This document shows, piece after piece, positions 19,801-27,600 of a DNA stretch of 32,000 bases. The notes under the pieces are model-generated. The model was given only the letters and a program-made list of their open reading frames with translations. It had not been told where the DNA came from and ran no database searches. The translations under genes and the position numbers were made by a program. Origin of the DNA: Propionibacterium ruminifibrarum (GTDB lineage: Bacteria > Actinomycetota > Actinomycetes > Propionibacteriales > Propionibacteriaceae); NCBI RefSeq assembly GCF_900289195.1, contig NZ_OMOH01000005.1, forward strand, positions 120,001-152,000, written 5' to 3'. Each line of letters begins with the position of its first letter. Position 1 is the first letter of the stretch.

Positions 19801-21607
19801 CGGCGCAGGGGGCGCAAATTCCCATCTCGTCCTTGAGGAGTACCTTCCGGCACCCGGTCGGGAAGCTACCCTGCGGGGACCTGGATTAGTCCCGTTCTCC
19901 GCACGCAATGACGCGGGGATGCGCAGATTGCTGACGGTCTGGGAGACCTTCCTTACTGGGTCGCAGGCGCGATCCGAACCGGGTTCGAGAATGCTGCCCG
20001 CGTTGTGCGGCGCACTGGCCGAGCTGCTCGGCCTGCCCGATGCCGGGGACGTGGATGCGGCACTGGCACTGGACGAGCTGGGCATGGACAGTACCTTGTG
20101 GGACGTCCTGGCGAGGCGCATCGAGGAGTTTTCGGGCCACAGGTGCAACTGGTCCGAGATAGCCGACTTGGATTCGGTTGGAGCAATTGCGGGCCACTTG
20201 GAGGAAAAGGCGATGATTTCGGCTGCTGAAGGGCTTGGTGTTCGCGAGGATCTGCCATCCTGCGGTGACATCGCCTTCACCATGCAGGTGGGCAGGGTCC
20301 ACCAGACGGGGGCCAGAGCAGCGGTGATCGCCGATACCCCTGCGGAGCTTCTGGCAGGTATCCGCCTTCTGCTAGCCGGTGAGACCAGCCCAACCGTCTT
20401 TGCGTCCGTGGCCGGGAGCCGACGTCGTGACGACAAGGCTGTCATCGCCGAGTGGTGCGCTGCACGTGATCTCCCGAAGATTGCGGAGGCCTATGTGAGT
20501 GGGAACTCCGTGGACTGGACGGGTGTGGCCGAAGGGCCCGTGCGCAGAGTCAGTCTTCCGCTGTACCCCTGCGAACGAAATGCCCTGTGGCTGGACCCCG
20601 GTCCTTCTTCGCCGGTCGTCGTCCCTCCGGATCCCACGCCGATTGTCGCCAACACCTCGACACTGGAGGCGGTGGGTTTCCGCATCCATCTCGATCCCGC
20701 GTGGATGGCTGTGTCCGACCACGTCATCCATGGCAGGGCTCTGCTCCCGGGAGCTGGATACCTGCAGTTCGCGAACCAGGTGGCGTCAGCCGCTGCCGAG
20801 CAGCCCGTGACAGTCATCCGCAACGTCGTGTGGCGGGTTCCCGTAGCTGTTCAGGCCGACATGGATCTGGACGTCGAGGTTCGGCGAGAGGGTCGGACCA
20901 TCGACTTGACGGTCCATGCTGGCAACAAGTCCTCGCCGCGTGCCTTCGAGGCGAGCCTCGAGGTGGGAGACCGACAGGCCGCCGAGCGCCACAGTGATGG
21001 GTGGTCGGTCGGCGGTCAGCCTTCCATCGAGCTGGAAGCCCGCGCCATCTATGAGCGATTCGCCCAGGTCGGTATGGCTTACGGGCAGGGCATGCAGACG
21101 GTGCTCAGGGCCCGCGTGAGCGAGGCGGAGCTGGTTGCAGATCTCGAACTGCCCGGTGGATGGCAGCCCAGCCACGGGATGGATCTGCATCCCGCGCTAC
21201 TGGACGGTGCATTCCAGGCCGTGGCGATAACGGGGATGCGGGGGCGGCAGGGGCAGCAGGCCATGATTCCCTTGGGAGCGGACGCTATCACCATCCATGC
21301 AGCAATCCCTGACACGTGCACTGTGCACGTCGTTCCCGCCGTAGCGCAGACCTTCGACGAGGAGCGCTCGCGACACTTGGCCAAGTACGACATTGTCGTC
21401 ATCGACGATTCCGGCCTGATCGTGGTCGAGATCGCCGGCTTCTCGGGAATGACCGTTGAGTCCTCCGGCGGCTCCGTCACGGGACCTGCCCATTCTGGCG
21501 GCGAGGACGACGACGTGCCCACCACGTTGGAGTTGCTGCAGCGCCTCGAGCGTGGAGAGATCCCTCAAAAACTTGTGATCAACGCACTGGACCATGGAGT
21601 GTTCTGA
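10808..21607 (+). CDS. Trans-AT polyketide synthase, 3599 aa: KS-flank-DH(variant)-KR-ACP-KS-DH-KR-ACP-KS-(ACP-like insert)-DH-dock
   Basis: Uninterrupted 10.8 kb ORF in the same reading frame as gene3, 9 nt after its TAG. AGGAG lies 6 nt upstream of the ATG. It contains two KS motif sets, three DH His motifs, two KR Rossmann motifs and two canonical ACPs plus one ACP-like unit. Confidence 0.95.
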   Translation: MVILRPTTSLQSQAERGVLSSHRDQGCTHTVEYPFVVSAKSSQALERSARRLIQWADSGPEGIELAWASYTTCQRRSRFAHRIVVFASSFSGLAEGLRSRMVDGGVPHRVEELPELGPEVVSELRSEDSRLRLEAQALVRGHIESGGTLDLASFFNAPDRVVVALPSYPFERTSLWVEQSAVEPGATPSSLPGVEYPLPGLRGATERRAGQECRVRTLHVDDFWLADHIVAQQHVFPGVGYIEFAVASSGAFALPGPHELRDIVYHSPLVVQGSDDEPELELHGVAAGTGSFRVCTRRSGEETVHCTGTILDGVADPTAFRAHPMNLDIDRMFGELGPRLDREACYAEIRGTGLMLGPSFNAIRTIAFNADRAMAEIVMPEKFVTDHEDFLLHPSIFDGALESVYWLAPAGATSLPVGIDRVGWFSRPLPRCFAYATRSVAGRPGEFSYDVTIYQPDGTRAVAVEGFRFKDLSSGPSHDSDVHSFTFEQVPVALSESPGLEGSLGLVNVTTRMWEALGRTGEVIGVDTPSCSALREGEQQEWMRNEVLPCRDVRAIVIDLTGCGVPGVDEPSAVMAIHDLLASLESHLITRAPTLPQVVLVEPDAPARLTRALRAFALTMTLESPQTKVTVLAADPRDVRFGSRVRRVLLAAPPGFVTWVGDQLMEPRVVPCSSAGTARLEEATGPGVYVITGGMGAIGSLLADRLACRGTNLMLWGRTPLDAERRARIDALAARGGRVEYRVVDLGDAHSVVECLDETERALGPIDGVFHCAGTTHDTMLSVPHVSQSRSVLEPKVAGAWNLRRALEERHARFLVLASSMASVTGNTGQSDYAFANGFMDGLAVDGSNDSRLHTVALDWSVWRDGGIHIEPNVLSMFATVFGITPLTNDQGLASIARSLGGGMQQVIVVAGDRERIKAHLGVAPQSVPPVRRQVSGPGTDLRAWVEQGLRSIIISSIKLSEDDFDPSRTFQEYGYTSLTMVDLANDINARFGTSITPALFFSATTFDKLVEHLVSAEEPSVLRSFKASGSFDAPTAVAAALPGDNRSADDAFAIVGLDVVMPGSRDIHQYWKHLIDCDCMTSQVPSDRWDWQALDADLARAGQDPVSHHGAFMAEVQDFDRSLFGISPREAKFMDPQQRLVLESIHRTIESSGRRVSDMAGSRTGIFIGVATADYSNVLQESAFPVDAYTSTGASHSVLVNRASFHFNWTGPSEPIDTACSSSLVAIHRACEAIRSGTCDAAVAGGVNVIVSPLLHTAFSRAGMLSPSGNCHSFDVAADGYVRGEGVGTLLIKPLSAATSDGDPVLAVIRGTAVNHGGHASSLTAPNPRMQAEVIRDAWRSGDLDSSGIGYIEAHGTGTRLGDPVEIDGLRQGFRSLSPTGELWSDKTCSIGTVKANIGHLEAAAGVAGIAKVVMMLREATIPGHPTLGELNPYLALEDSPFAIQRETSPWPNRGDGESRRAGVSSFGFGGANAHIALEEFRAEGVRPSDGAQFLVFSARSERALVEHMRNHAKALSGSVPPNLADVANTLRNGREQYSHRAVVLVQSGTGVDQVRRALEGESVVPGVDVLMSATFGDEEAVVVRNHPGAVLESSEQVVAFLRGETVEWKIAQDQLTRRAWLPPTPMERVRCWATDGVPSFAMTLGLGVTAADSSAAPQSVTNSLHPMIDECSDTESGAKRFAKTLRDTEFLVAHHVVNGRKVLPGTAYVELAHAVGRQLGMSQACTVSGLVWEQILEMKEPEIELIVDATPRPSQHGAFDLVVSSRSSVGTVRHCCCVVSDGIRSAPMTIDVPGRIQEADRELSREYCYGTLYPRIGFDYGPGFRVTSAIWSQAHGAVTELRLPEGIAGVDDHRFKVHPSLVDGAIRSIAAISEQRHSSTYVPFSVERVEVFAECPAHCFAVVTMGSGTSSRRIQSMLFNVSILDEDGNECVRFNNLMVRGLPRDYTNDDREFFLVPQWVEVPTARPVASSGAEPVLLIGTRNEGFASLSRGLVAGHPGSMAVLVVPQESRERRADDADKGIVEIARDANLLNDVANRCQGLSRVVVDLSGADSAEDLRGQGGLDLLAGVVRAAVSSAGARVQVTVLAPRPDSVTSLTPMAALGLARSMPAVVPNVHWTIAEVDASVSAEGALRRLDRMTNLPSGTRVRIMRDVTLMESMRALDDHELVAEGTGLPDGGVCVLSGGMGKIGQALARKLAADHHMRIAILGRSPLDDRREQLLAELRDMGGEGLYIPCDVSDRHRVATSVETIRSRWGQIDAVIHAAGVMSSRMFLDAPLTDIERVLAAKITGAVNLDAETAQDDLTQFIVFSSVSALVGDMGSGTYGAANALLDGFAEQRENEVRNGRRRGATLCIDWPMWADGGMPIPGGVDSFAENTGMSLLRTDSGIDLFEWITKLGRTRIVPLHGRPTPLRRLFRFTHATQRSAGIAAPVRAAKQQDDLMEVCIDHLKRLIAEASGYAVDEFDEDDDFEEFGIDSLMILSLNDKLAVDFPGLERTIFFEHNSISSLAAHLLEERRAAVEALAARREEPMMTSALPFVEDAALESTSVEVQASVIAQPRRATSVQSFEEAALFAAEEPIAIIGMNGRFPGADSIAEFWTNLCDGKDCVTEIPADRWDLKVFADKHARGESCIYSKWGAFLDDVAGFDPLLFKIPFVDARHIDPQERLFLENVFGTLEEAGYCAFPKDPVNVGVYVGVMYGHYQLLALERTLAGKETITSSTFASIANRTSYVFNFTGPSLAVDTMCSSSLTAIHLACEALRRGDCDMAVAGGVNVTVHPDKYRFLSSQHFLASDGRCHAFGEGGDGYVPGEGVASLLLKPLSKAERDGDHIHALIRGTAINHGGKTNGYTVTNPVAQSEAILSALEKSGVSARDISYIEAHGTGTELGDPIEIRGLTMAFSRSTHDRDFCWIGSVKSNIGHAEGAAGVVSVVKTVEQLRHHAVVPSLHSEVLNPQIAFAETPFRVPHKVEPWQPTGTIHDGVHGSLLAGVSSFGAGGANSHLVLEEYLPAPGREATLRGPGLVPFSARNDAGMRRLLTVWETFLTGSQARSEPGSRMLPALCGALAELLGLPDAGDVDAALALDELGMDSTLWDVLARRIEEFSGHRCNWSEIADLDSVGAIAGHLEEKAMISAAEGLGVREDLPSCGDIAFTMQVGRVHQTGARAAVIADTPAELLAGIRLLLAGETSPTVFASVAGSRRRDDKAVIAEWCAARDLPKIAEAYVSGNSVDWTGVAEGPVRRVSLPLYPCERNALWLDPGPSSPVVVPPDPTPIVANTSTLEAVGFRIHLDPAWMAVSDHVIHGRALLPGAGYLQFANQVASAAAEQPVTVIRNVVWRVPVAVQADMDLDVEVRREGRTIDLTVHAGNKSSPRAFEASLEVGDRQAAERHSDGWSVGGQPSIELEARAIYERFAQVGMAYGQGMQTVLRARVSEAELVADLELPGGWQPSHGMDLHPALLDGAFQAVAITGMRGRQGQQAMIPLGADAITIHAAIPDTCTVHVVPAVAQTFDEERSRHLAKYDIVVIDDSGLIVVEIAGFSGMTVESSGGSVTGPAHSGGEDDDVPTTLELLQRLERGEIPQKLVINALDHGVF
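10880..11343 (+). other. KS flanking subdomain belonging to KS3 but encoded on the next protein
   Basis: YPFVVSAKSSQALERSARRLIQW, ASYTTCQRRSRFAHRIVVFASS, ends LPSYPFERTSLWVEQ. This is the same layout as the segments that follow the other seven KS domains. Confidence 0.75.
11390..12230 (+). other. DH-like domain with variant motifs (DH1 of gene4)
   Basis: LADHIVAQQHVFPG (His codon 11489-11491; Gln where HxxxG has Gly; Pro kept). LMLGPSFNAI has Leu in place of the YGP Tyr. HPSIFDGALES has DxxxE instead of DxxxQ/H. Confidence 0.7.
12250..13570 (+). other. KR domain (boundaries approximate)
   Basis: VYVITGGMGAIGSLL from nt 12869; HCAGTTHDTML; SSMASVTGNTGQSDYAFAN. Confidence 0.85.
13631..13852 (+). 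other. ACP domain with atypical GYTS attachment motif
   Basis: FQEYGYTSLTMVDLANDINARFG; Ser codon 13739-13741. Thr replaces the usual Asp before the Ser. Confidence 0.75.
13955..15253 (+). other. KS4 ketosynthase domain
   Basis: DDAFAIVGLDVVMPG; DTACSSS (Cys codon 14468-14470); EAHGTGTRLGDPVE; KANIGHLEAAAG; GGANAHIALEEF. Confidence 0.95.
15254..15720 (+). other. KS C-terminal flanking subdomain (no AT)
   Basis: FLVFSARSERALVEHMRNH, LADVANTLRNGREQYSHR, ends PPTPMERVRCW. Confidence 0.7.
15803..16650 (+). other. DH domain (DH2 of gene4)
   Basis: HVVNGRKVLPG (HxxxGxxxxP, His codon 15896-15898); YGPGFRV; HPSLVDGAIRS (Asp kept, Arg at the Q/H position). Confidence 0.8.
16660..18050 (+). other. 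KR domain (boundaries approximate)
   Basis: VCVLSGGMGKIGQAL from nt 17351; IHAAGVMSSRMF; SSVSALVGDMGSGTYGAAN. Confidence 0.85.
18140..18358 (+). other. ACP domain
   Basis: FEEFGIDSLMILSLNDKLAVDF; Ser codon 18248-18250. Confidence 0.9.
18548..19843 (+). other. KS5 ketosynthase domain
   Basis: EEPIAIIGMNGRFPG; DTMCSSS (Cys codon 19058-19060); EAHGTGTELGDPIE; KSNIGHAEGAAG; GGANSHLVLEEY. Confidence 0.95.
19844..20600 (+). other. KS flanking subdomain of KS5, enlarged by an internal insertion
   Basis: LVPFSARNDAGMRRLLTVWETFL ... (insert) ... CGDIAFTMQVGRVHQTGARAAVIADTPAELLAGI ... LPLYPCERNALW. The two conserved blocks are 8-30 aa apart after the other seven KS domains but about 105 aa apart here. 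Confidence 0.75.
19994..20209 (+). other. ACP-like (carrier-protein-like) unit inserted inside the KS5 flanking subdomain
   Basis: LPALCGALAELLGLPDAGDVDAALALDELGMDSTLWDVLARRIEEFSGHRCNWSEIADLDSVGAIAGHLEEK follows the carrier-protein layout. That layout is helix, LG-x-P, D-x-x-x-x-F/L-x-x-LG-x-DS, helix, then a helix ending in hydrophobic-x-x-hydrophobic. The candidate Ser codon is 20090-20092. Confidence 0.5.
20650..21463 (+). other. DH domain (DH3, C-terminal domain of gene4)
   Basis: SDHVIHGRALLPG (HxxxGxxxxP, His codon 20720-20722); YGQGMQTV; HPALLDGAFQ (DxxxQ). Confidence 0.82.
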
Positions 21608-21689
21608 GATGACTCGACAGGAAATCGTTGCTGCTGTTGCCGCGGGCCGCATGACTGCGGCAGAAGCGTATCGTCTTCTGGGTGAAGAA
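21515..21689 (+). other. Putative docking pair at the gene4/gene5 junction
   Basis: Tail TTLELLQRLERGEIPQKLVINALD and head RQEIVAAVAAGRMTAAEAYRLLGEE. Confidence 0.55.
21596..21599 (+). promoter_or_regulatory. Shine-Dalgarno-like GGAG for gene5 (supports ATG 21609)
   Basis: GGAG lies 9 nt upstream of ATG 21609. No comparable site precedes ATG 21594. Confidence 0.5.
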
Positions 21690-24600
21690 GCCACCCCCGC
21701 TGGGGCTTCCGATGAGCCTCGGGAGGATCTGCTGCATGGGGTTCGTATAGCCCGACGATGCTGGCTGCCCCTCGCCGCTCAACTACCCGCAGCAGACACC
21801 GGGGCGACGGTGATTATTACCGATGGCACCGACTCCCAAAGCATGATGCTTAACGAGCTTGTCGCTGGCGAGGTGCTTCTCGAACTTCCGGAGTCGGCTG
21901 CTGACCCAGTCTCGAGTGATGCCTTTGATACGTACTGGACGGAACACGTCCAGGATCGTGTCCGGGGCTGCGATCATCTTGTGATCGTCTTCCGCGATCC
22001 GACACCGAGCATGGCGAACAGGGACACAGTGTTGCTGTTCCGTGTGTTCCAAGTTCTCGCTCATCTGCGTCGAACGACGAGCCTCGCCATTGATGTCGTT
22101 GTGGACCGTCAGGACGAGGAGGCCTTGGCGTGGGCCATGGCATGTGACTCGTTCCTCGCCTGCGTGAGGTTGGAGCGGCCATTGCTGGACACCAGGGTTG
22201 TTGTAGTCGAGACGCAAGCCTCGCTGTCGCGAGTTGTGGCCCTTGGCGCGGAGCTGCGTTCGAGGGGGGTCGCTGCGCGTTTGGCGAGGACGGACGCCTC
22301 CGGTTCAGCCTTGCTGACTGCACAGGTTACCAAACCGGGTCAGTTCGTCGAGGATGAATTCCTCGAGGAAGTCGATTTCTTGGTCACGGGGGGCACCGGC
22401 GGCCTTGCCCGTGTGCTAGCTGGGGGTTTGCTGAAACGTGGTGCGGGGCACGTGACCCTGTGCGGGCGTAGGGGGCCGGAAGACCTGGATGCCGACTTGG
22501 TTCAGTTGATCGAGAGGAACAGGGATCGTGTCTGCTATGTCAGATGGGATCCTGCCGACGACGAGGATCTGGTCGGACTGGCCTGTGATGCCGTCCGCGC
22601 TAATCACCGTCTTGTCATCCTGCACGCTGCAGGGGTACGCAACGACGCCTTCTTGGTGAAGCAGAATCTCAAGGACTTCTTGACCACGGCGGTGCCGAAG
22701 GTGTCCATGACCCGGGTCGTGATGGAGGCAGCGAGGTCGATTCCCAACAGCACTGTTGTGCTCTTCTCTTCGGTGACATCCCTATTCGGTAACATCGGCC
22801 AATGCGCGTATGGCTTCGCCAACGGGCACATGGATGGGTGCGCTGTCGCCGCACGGGAGTCATCCGGCGGAGAGTTGCGGGTACTGTCGGTGAACTGGCC
22901 GCTATGGGACGAGGGCGGCATGCAACTGGATGAGGGCGCGCGTCGGATGATGAGCGCAACCACGGGCATGGAGCCCCTTCCGACGGCTGTGGGTCTGGAG
23001 TTCCTCATTAGGGCGCTGTACGACGGTTGGCAGGGTGACGAGGCGTTGCTGTACGGGGACCTGGACAAGTTGGCTGGCCTGCTGGGGGCGAATGAGGCGC
23101 CGCCAGATCGTGCCGTGGCTCGGGAGGCTCATGCGCCCGCAATGGGGGCTCCGGCCGTCCCACCGCGTTCATGCTCGTCGATCTCAGCGCACGAACTACA
23201 CCGCCGCGCCTGCTCGTTCCTCGTGGAGGTGGTGTCGGGGGTGACCGAGATCCCTCAGAGCGATATCGACATCCATGCCGCCTTCGACCAGTTCGGGCTG
23301 GACTCCATCGTGGCCATGCGCATAGGCGACGAACTCGAGGCAAACTTCTCCGGGTTGTCAAAGACGCTACTCTTCGAGTATCAGAACATCACCGACTTGG
23401 CCTCTTATTTTGTCGATGCCCACTATGATGAGCTTCTGACGGTCCTCGGGATCGGTGGGAGTTCGCTCGATGACATGGTCGAGCAGCCTCCGGCCGCTCC
23501 AACCCCGTCGGTCAAGGCCGATCGACCAGAGGTCCAGCATCCGGCAGTGGCGATCATCGGGATCGCCGGACGCTATCCGGGTGCTACCAGTCTCGACCAG
23601 TTCTGGGAGAACTTGGTGCACGGAGTGGATTCCGTCAGGGAGATTCCGGCCGAGCGTTGGGACAACGAACAAATCTATGATACGCGCAAGGGTCAACTGG
23701 GGCGTACCAACAGTCGCTGGGGCGGCTTCCTGGATGGTATCGACCAATTCGATCCACGATTGTTCCGGATCAACGCGCGCGAAGCGATGATCATGGATCC
23801 CCAAGAGAGGATCTTCCTGGAAACTGCGTGGACTGCCGTCCAAGACGCCGGGTATAAGGTCTCGGACCTGCACGGCTGTCGGGTGGGGGTCTTCGTCGGT
23901 GCGATGTACTCCGAATACCAGATGCTTCCGGCTTGTGTCCGGGGCAGGAACCTGCCCCACACGAGTCTGCACTCCTCCATAGCCAATCGTGTGTCGTATT
24001 ATCTTGATCTGAATGGTCCGAGCGTTGCTATGGATACCATGTGCTCTTCGTCGCTCGTGGCGATCCACTATGGTGCGCGCAGCATTCTCGATGGCGAGGC
24101 CACCATGGCCATCGCTGGAGGCGTCAACCTGTCGCTCACTCCCGATAAGTATCTGTTCCTCGCCCAAGGGAACTTTCTGTCGTCGGACGGGCGCTGCCGC
24201 GCTTTCGGTGAAGGCGGTGACGGATATGTCCCGGGCGAGGGGGTCGGCGCGGTTCTGCTCAAGTCACTCGAGCATGCACTCGCCGATGGGGACCACATCT
24301 ACGGGGTTATCCGTGGCTCGGCTGTGAACCATGACGGCAAGACCAGCGGCTACACCGTGCCGAGCCCCCAGGCCCAAGCCGACGTCATCTCGGCCGCTCT
24401 GGAACAATCGGGACTCGAACCTGCGCGGGTCTCTTACGTGGAAGCGCACGGCACTGGCACATCGCTAGGCGATCCTATCGAGATCTCCGGATTGAAGTGC
24501 GCGTATGGCGGCGCATCCTTAGGGCGAATTCGGGCGATCGGCTCTGTGAAGTCGAACATCGGTCACACCGAGTCCGCTGCCGGTATCGCTTCCCTCACCA

Positions 24601-27600
24601 AGGTGCTGCTGCAAATGAAGCACCACGAGCTGGTGCCGAGTCTGCACGCGACTCGGCTTAACCCGATGATCGATTTCGATGATGCCGGATTCACCGTTCA
24701 GCGGGAGCTCGGGGCCTGGCATTCGGACGGTGCACCGCGGGTGGCAGGTATCTCGTGCTTCGGCGCGGGCGGCACCAACTGCCACATGATCGTGGAGGAA
24801 CCCGCCGCCACGCCGGTCCGAACCATGGATCCTGAACGTGTCTTTGTGCCTTTCTCGTCCACCTCTGACGAGCAGTTGCGTGCATTACTGGAGAAATACG
24901 TGACCTTCCTCGCCTCTGACGATGCCAGGGCCATGACATTGGTGGACATCGCGCACACCATGACGAGCGGGCGTGATCGGATGAATGCTGCCGTGATCAT
25001 CTTCGCTAGCAGTATTGAAGAGTTGCGCGAGCGGATCATGGGATTCCTGACCACTGGTCATACCGATGCAAACGTGCTTTATCGTCCAAGCGTCGAACAG
25101 ACCGATGATGTCGGCTTCCTCTTGGAGGGGGAACAAGGCGATGACATGGTTGCCCACCTCATCGAGCAGCGTTCCATGGAGCAACTGGCCCGGGTGTGGT
25201 TGCTGGGACGGCCGGTCGACTCGAGGCGTTTGTTCCCAATGGCGCGCAGGGTCTCCCTGCCAACCCACGTCTTCGACCATGACTCATACTGGCTGCCTGG
25301 CGACGGCTCCGCGGCGACCGAATCGGCGCTGTGCGGGGTCTTGGACCGTAACGAATCCGACTTCGACGGCATCAGGTTCACCTCGTTCATCGATACTGCA
25401 TCGGAGGTGAAGAGTGCTTACATTGCCCCCGATGCAATAGTGGACCCGATGGTGGCTCCGCAACTGGCACACGATGGTTTCCAGCAACTAATGGGGGACG
25501 AGCCCGATTCGTTCGAGAATCTCCGGTTGATCGTAGCACCCTCAGGACCGGCCCCGTGCTCCTTCACTGTTCGCGCGGACCGTGGCGGTGCCATGACGCT
25601 GCTCGAGGTGACTGATGGTGACGGAGCTGTCGTGTTCCAAACGGCGGCCGGTACCACCGCCGAATCCGGCAGCACGGCCACCAGTCGGGGCGGGGAGCCT
25701 GTTCTGAGCTGGCCCGGTGACATGCCCGACCCCGGCAGTATTCCGCTCGTTACCGTGCTGCGCGCATGTATGGCTGCGTGCACGACTGACCAGTCAGGAC
25801 TTCTCGGGGTGGGCGCTGTGCGCATCTTTTCCAGCTTCCCGATCATCGTCGTACGTCAGATGCCTGCCCTGGATGGAGGAGACGGGATCGACCTGGAGTT
25901 CGGTAGCGCAACCGGCGACGTGGTCGCTTTGGCGACGAACGTCGTAGTGACTCCCTTCACCTTGCAGGACGCCTCCATGGCTGTCGATGATGGTGGCGGG
26001 CAAGAAGCGCCTGTGGATCGTCCCCCAGATGTCAGGGCTTTCATCCTAGAGGTTGCCTCCGAGCTGTTCGGCGTTCCGAGCAGCGGTATCGACGAGGACA
26101 TGCCCTTCGACGAGTATGGGATTGATTCGGTACTCATCGGCAAATTCGTCGAGGCGATCCGGACCCGTTTCCCCTCGATGCCGGAAACGTCGTTTTTTGA
26201 CCACACCACCGTGCGTTCCCTGACGACGTATCTTTCCTCGTTGGAGGATACTGAGCCGGTGGTTGCTGCCATCCCTGCGGCCCCCACCGCGGTGACCCGC
26301 AGTCGACCATCGGTGCCGATGTTGGCCTCCGTGTTACCGGACGGGGCTGGCGGTAATGACGACGAGCCGATCGCGATCATCGGCATGAGCGGCGTCTTCC
26401 CCGAGGCTGCCGATCTGGGGGAGTACTGGGACAACCTGCGTGCGGGACGCGAGAGTATCTCGCTGGTTCCGGCCGATCGTTGGGACTACCGAGCCTGGTT
26501 CGATCCAGAGACCGACATTCCTACTCCCGGGAAGATCTACGCGCCGTGGGGCGGATTCATCGATGATCCGTACGGCTTCGATCATGCTTTCTTCAACATC
26601 ACTCCCGCCGATGCTCGTGTCATCGATCCCCAAGAGAGGATGTTACTGGAGACCATCTGGCACACCCTGGAGGATGCCGGGCGCACCCGCAGTGACCTGA
26701 TGGCATCCGGAGGCGACGACCTCGCGGAGAATGTCGGAGTCTTCGTCGGGTCGACGAACCATACCTACGAATTCTGGGGTGTGGAGGAATGGGCGCGTGG
26801 CAATGCCGTCGCCACCAACTCTTCCCCATGGTCCCTGGCCAACCGACTCAGCTACTTCTTCAATTTCAGTGGCCCCAGCATGCCCGTCGACACAGCATGC
26901 TCATCGGGGCTCACCGCGTTGCATCTGGCCGTCGGGGCGTTGAGGCGCAGGGAGTGCACCAGCGCTGTCGTCGCTGGTGTGAACCTCTACCTGCACCCCA
27001 TGAAGTACGTGGCGATGTGTCAGATGAAGATGCTGTCGCCGACCGGGCATCTGAGCGCCTTCGGGGCCGACGCCGACGGATTCGTGCCGGGCGAGGGAGT
27101 CGCCGCAGTGCTTCTCAAGCCTATATCGCGGGCACTGGCCGACGGAGATCGGGTGCGCGCGGTGATTAGGGCCAGCGAACTCAACCATGGTGGGCGCAGC
27201 AACGGCTACACGGTGCCCAACGGGGTGGCTCAGACACGGCTTCTGCAACGGGCCTGGCGGCGGTGCGGGGTCTCCCCGTCAACCATCGGGTATCTCGAGA
27301 TGCACGGCACTGGCACCAGGCTCGGTGATCCCATTGAGGTCGAGGCAGCGACGAGGGCGATGCGTGACGCCACGGATCGCCAAGGATTCTGTGCGATGGG
27401 TTCCGTGAAGTCGAACATCGGGCATCTGGAGTCATGCGCTGGTCTCGCCGCCTTGGTCAAGGTGGTGCAGCAGATGGAGCACGGCGTGATCCTTCCCACG
27501 ATTAACGCCCACTCGGTCAATCCCCGACTGAAACTAGAGCACAGCCCCTTCGTCCTCGCCCACGAGGAAATGACCTGGCAGCCCGACGAACGTTCGGGAG

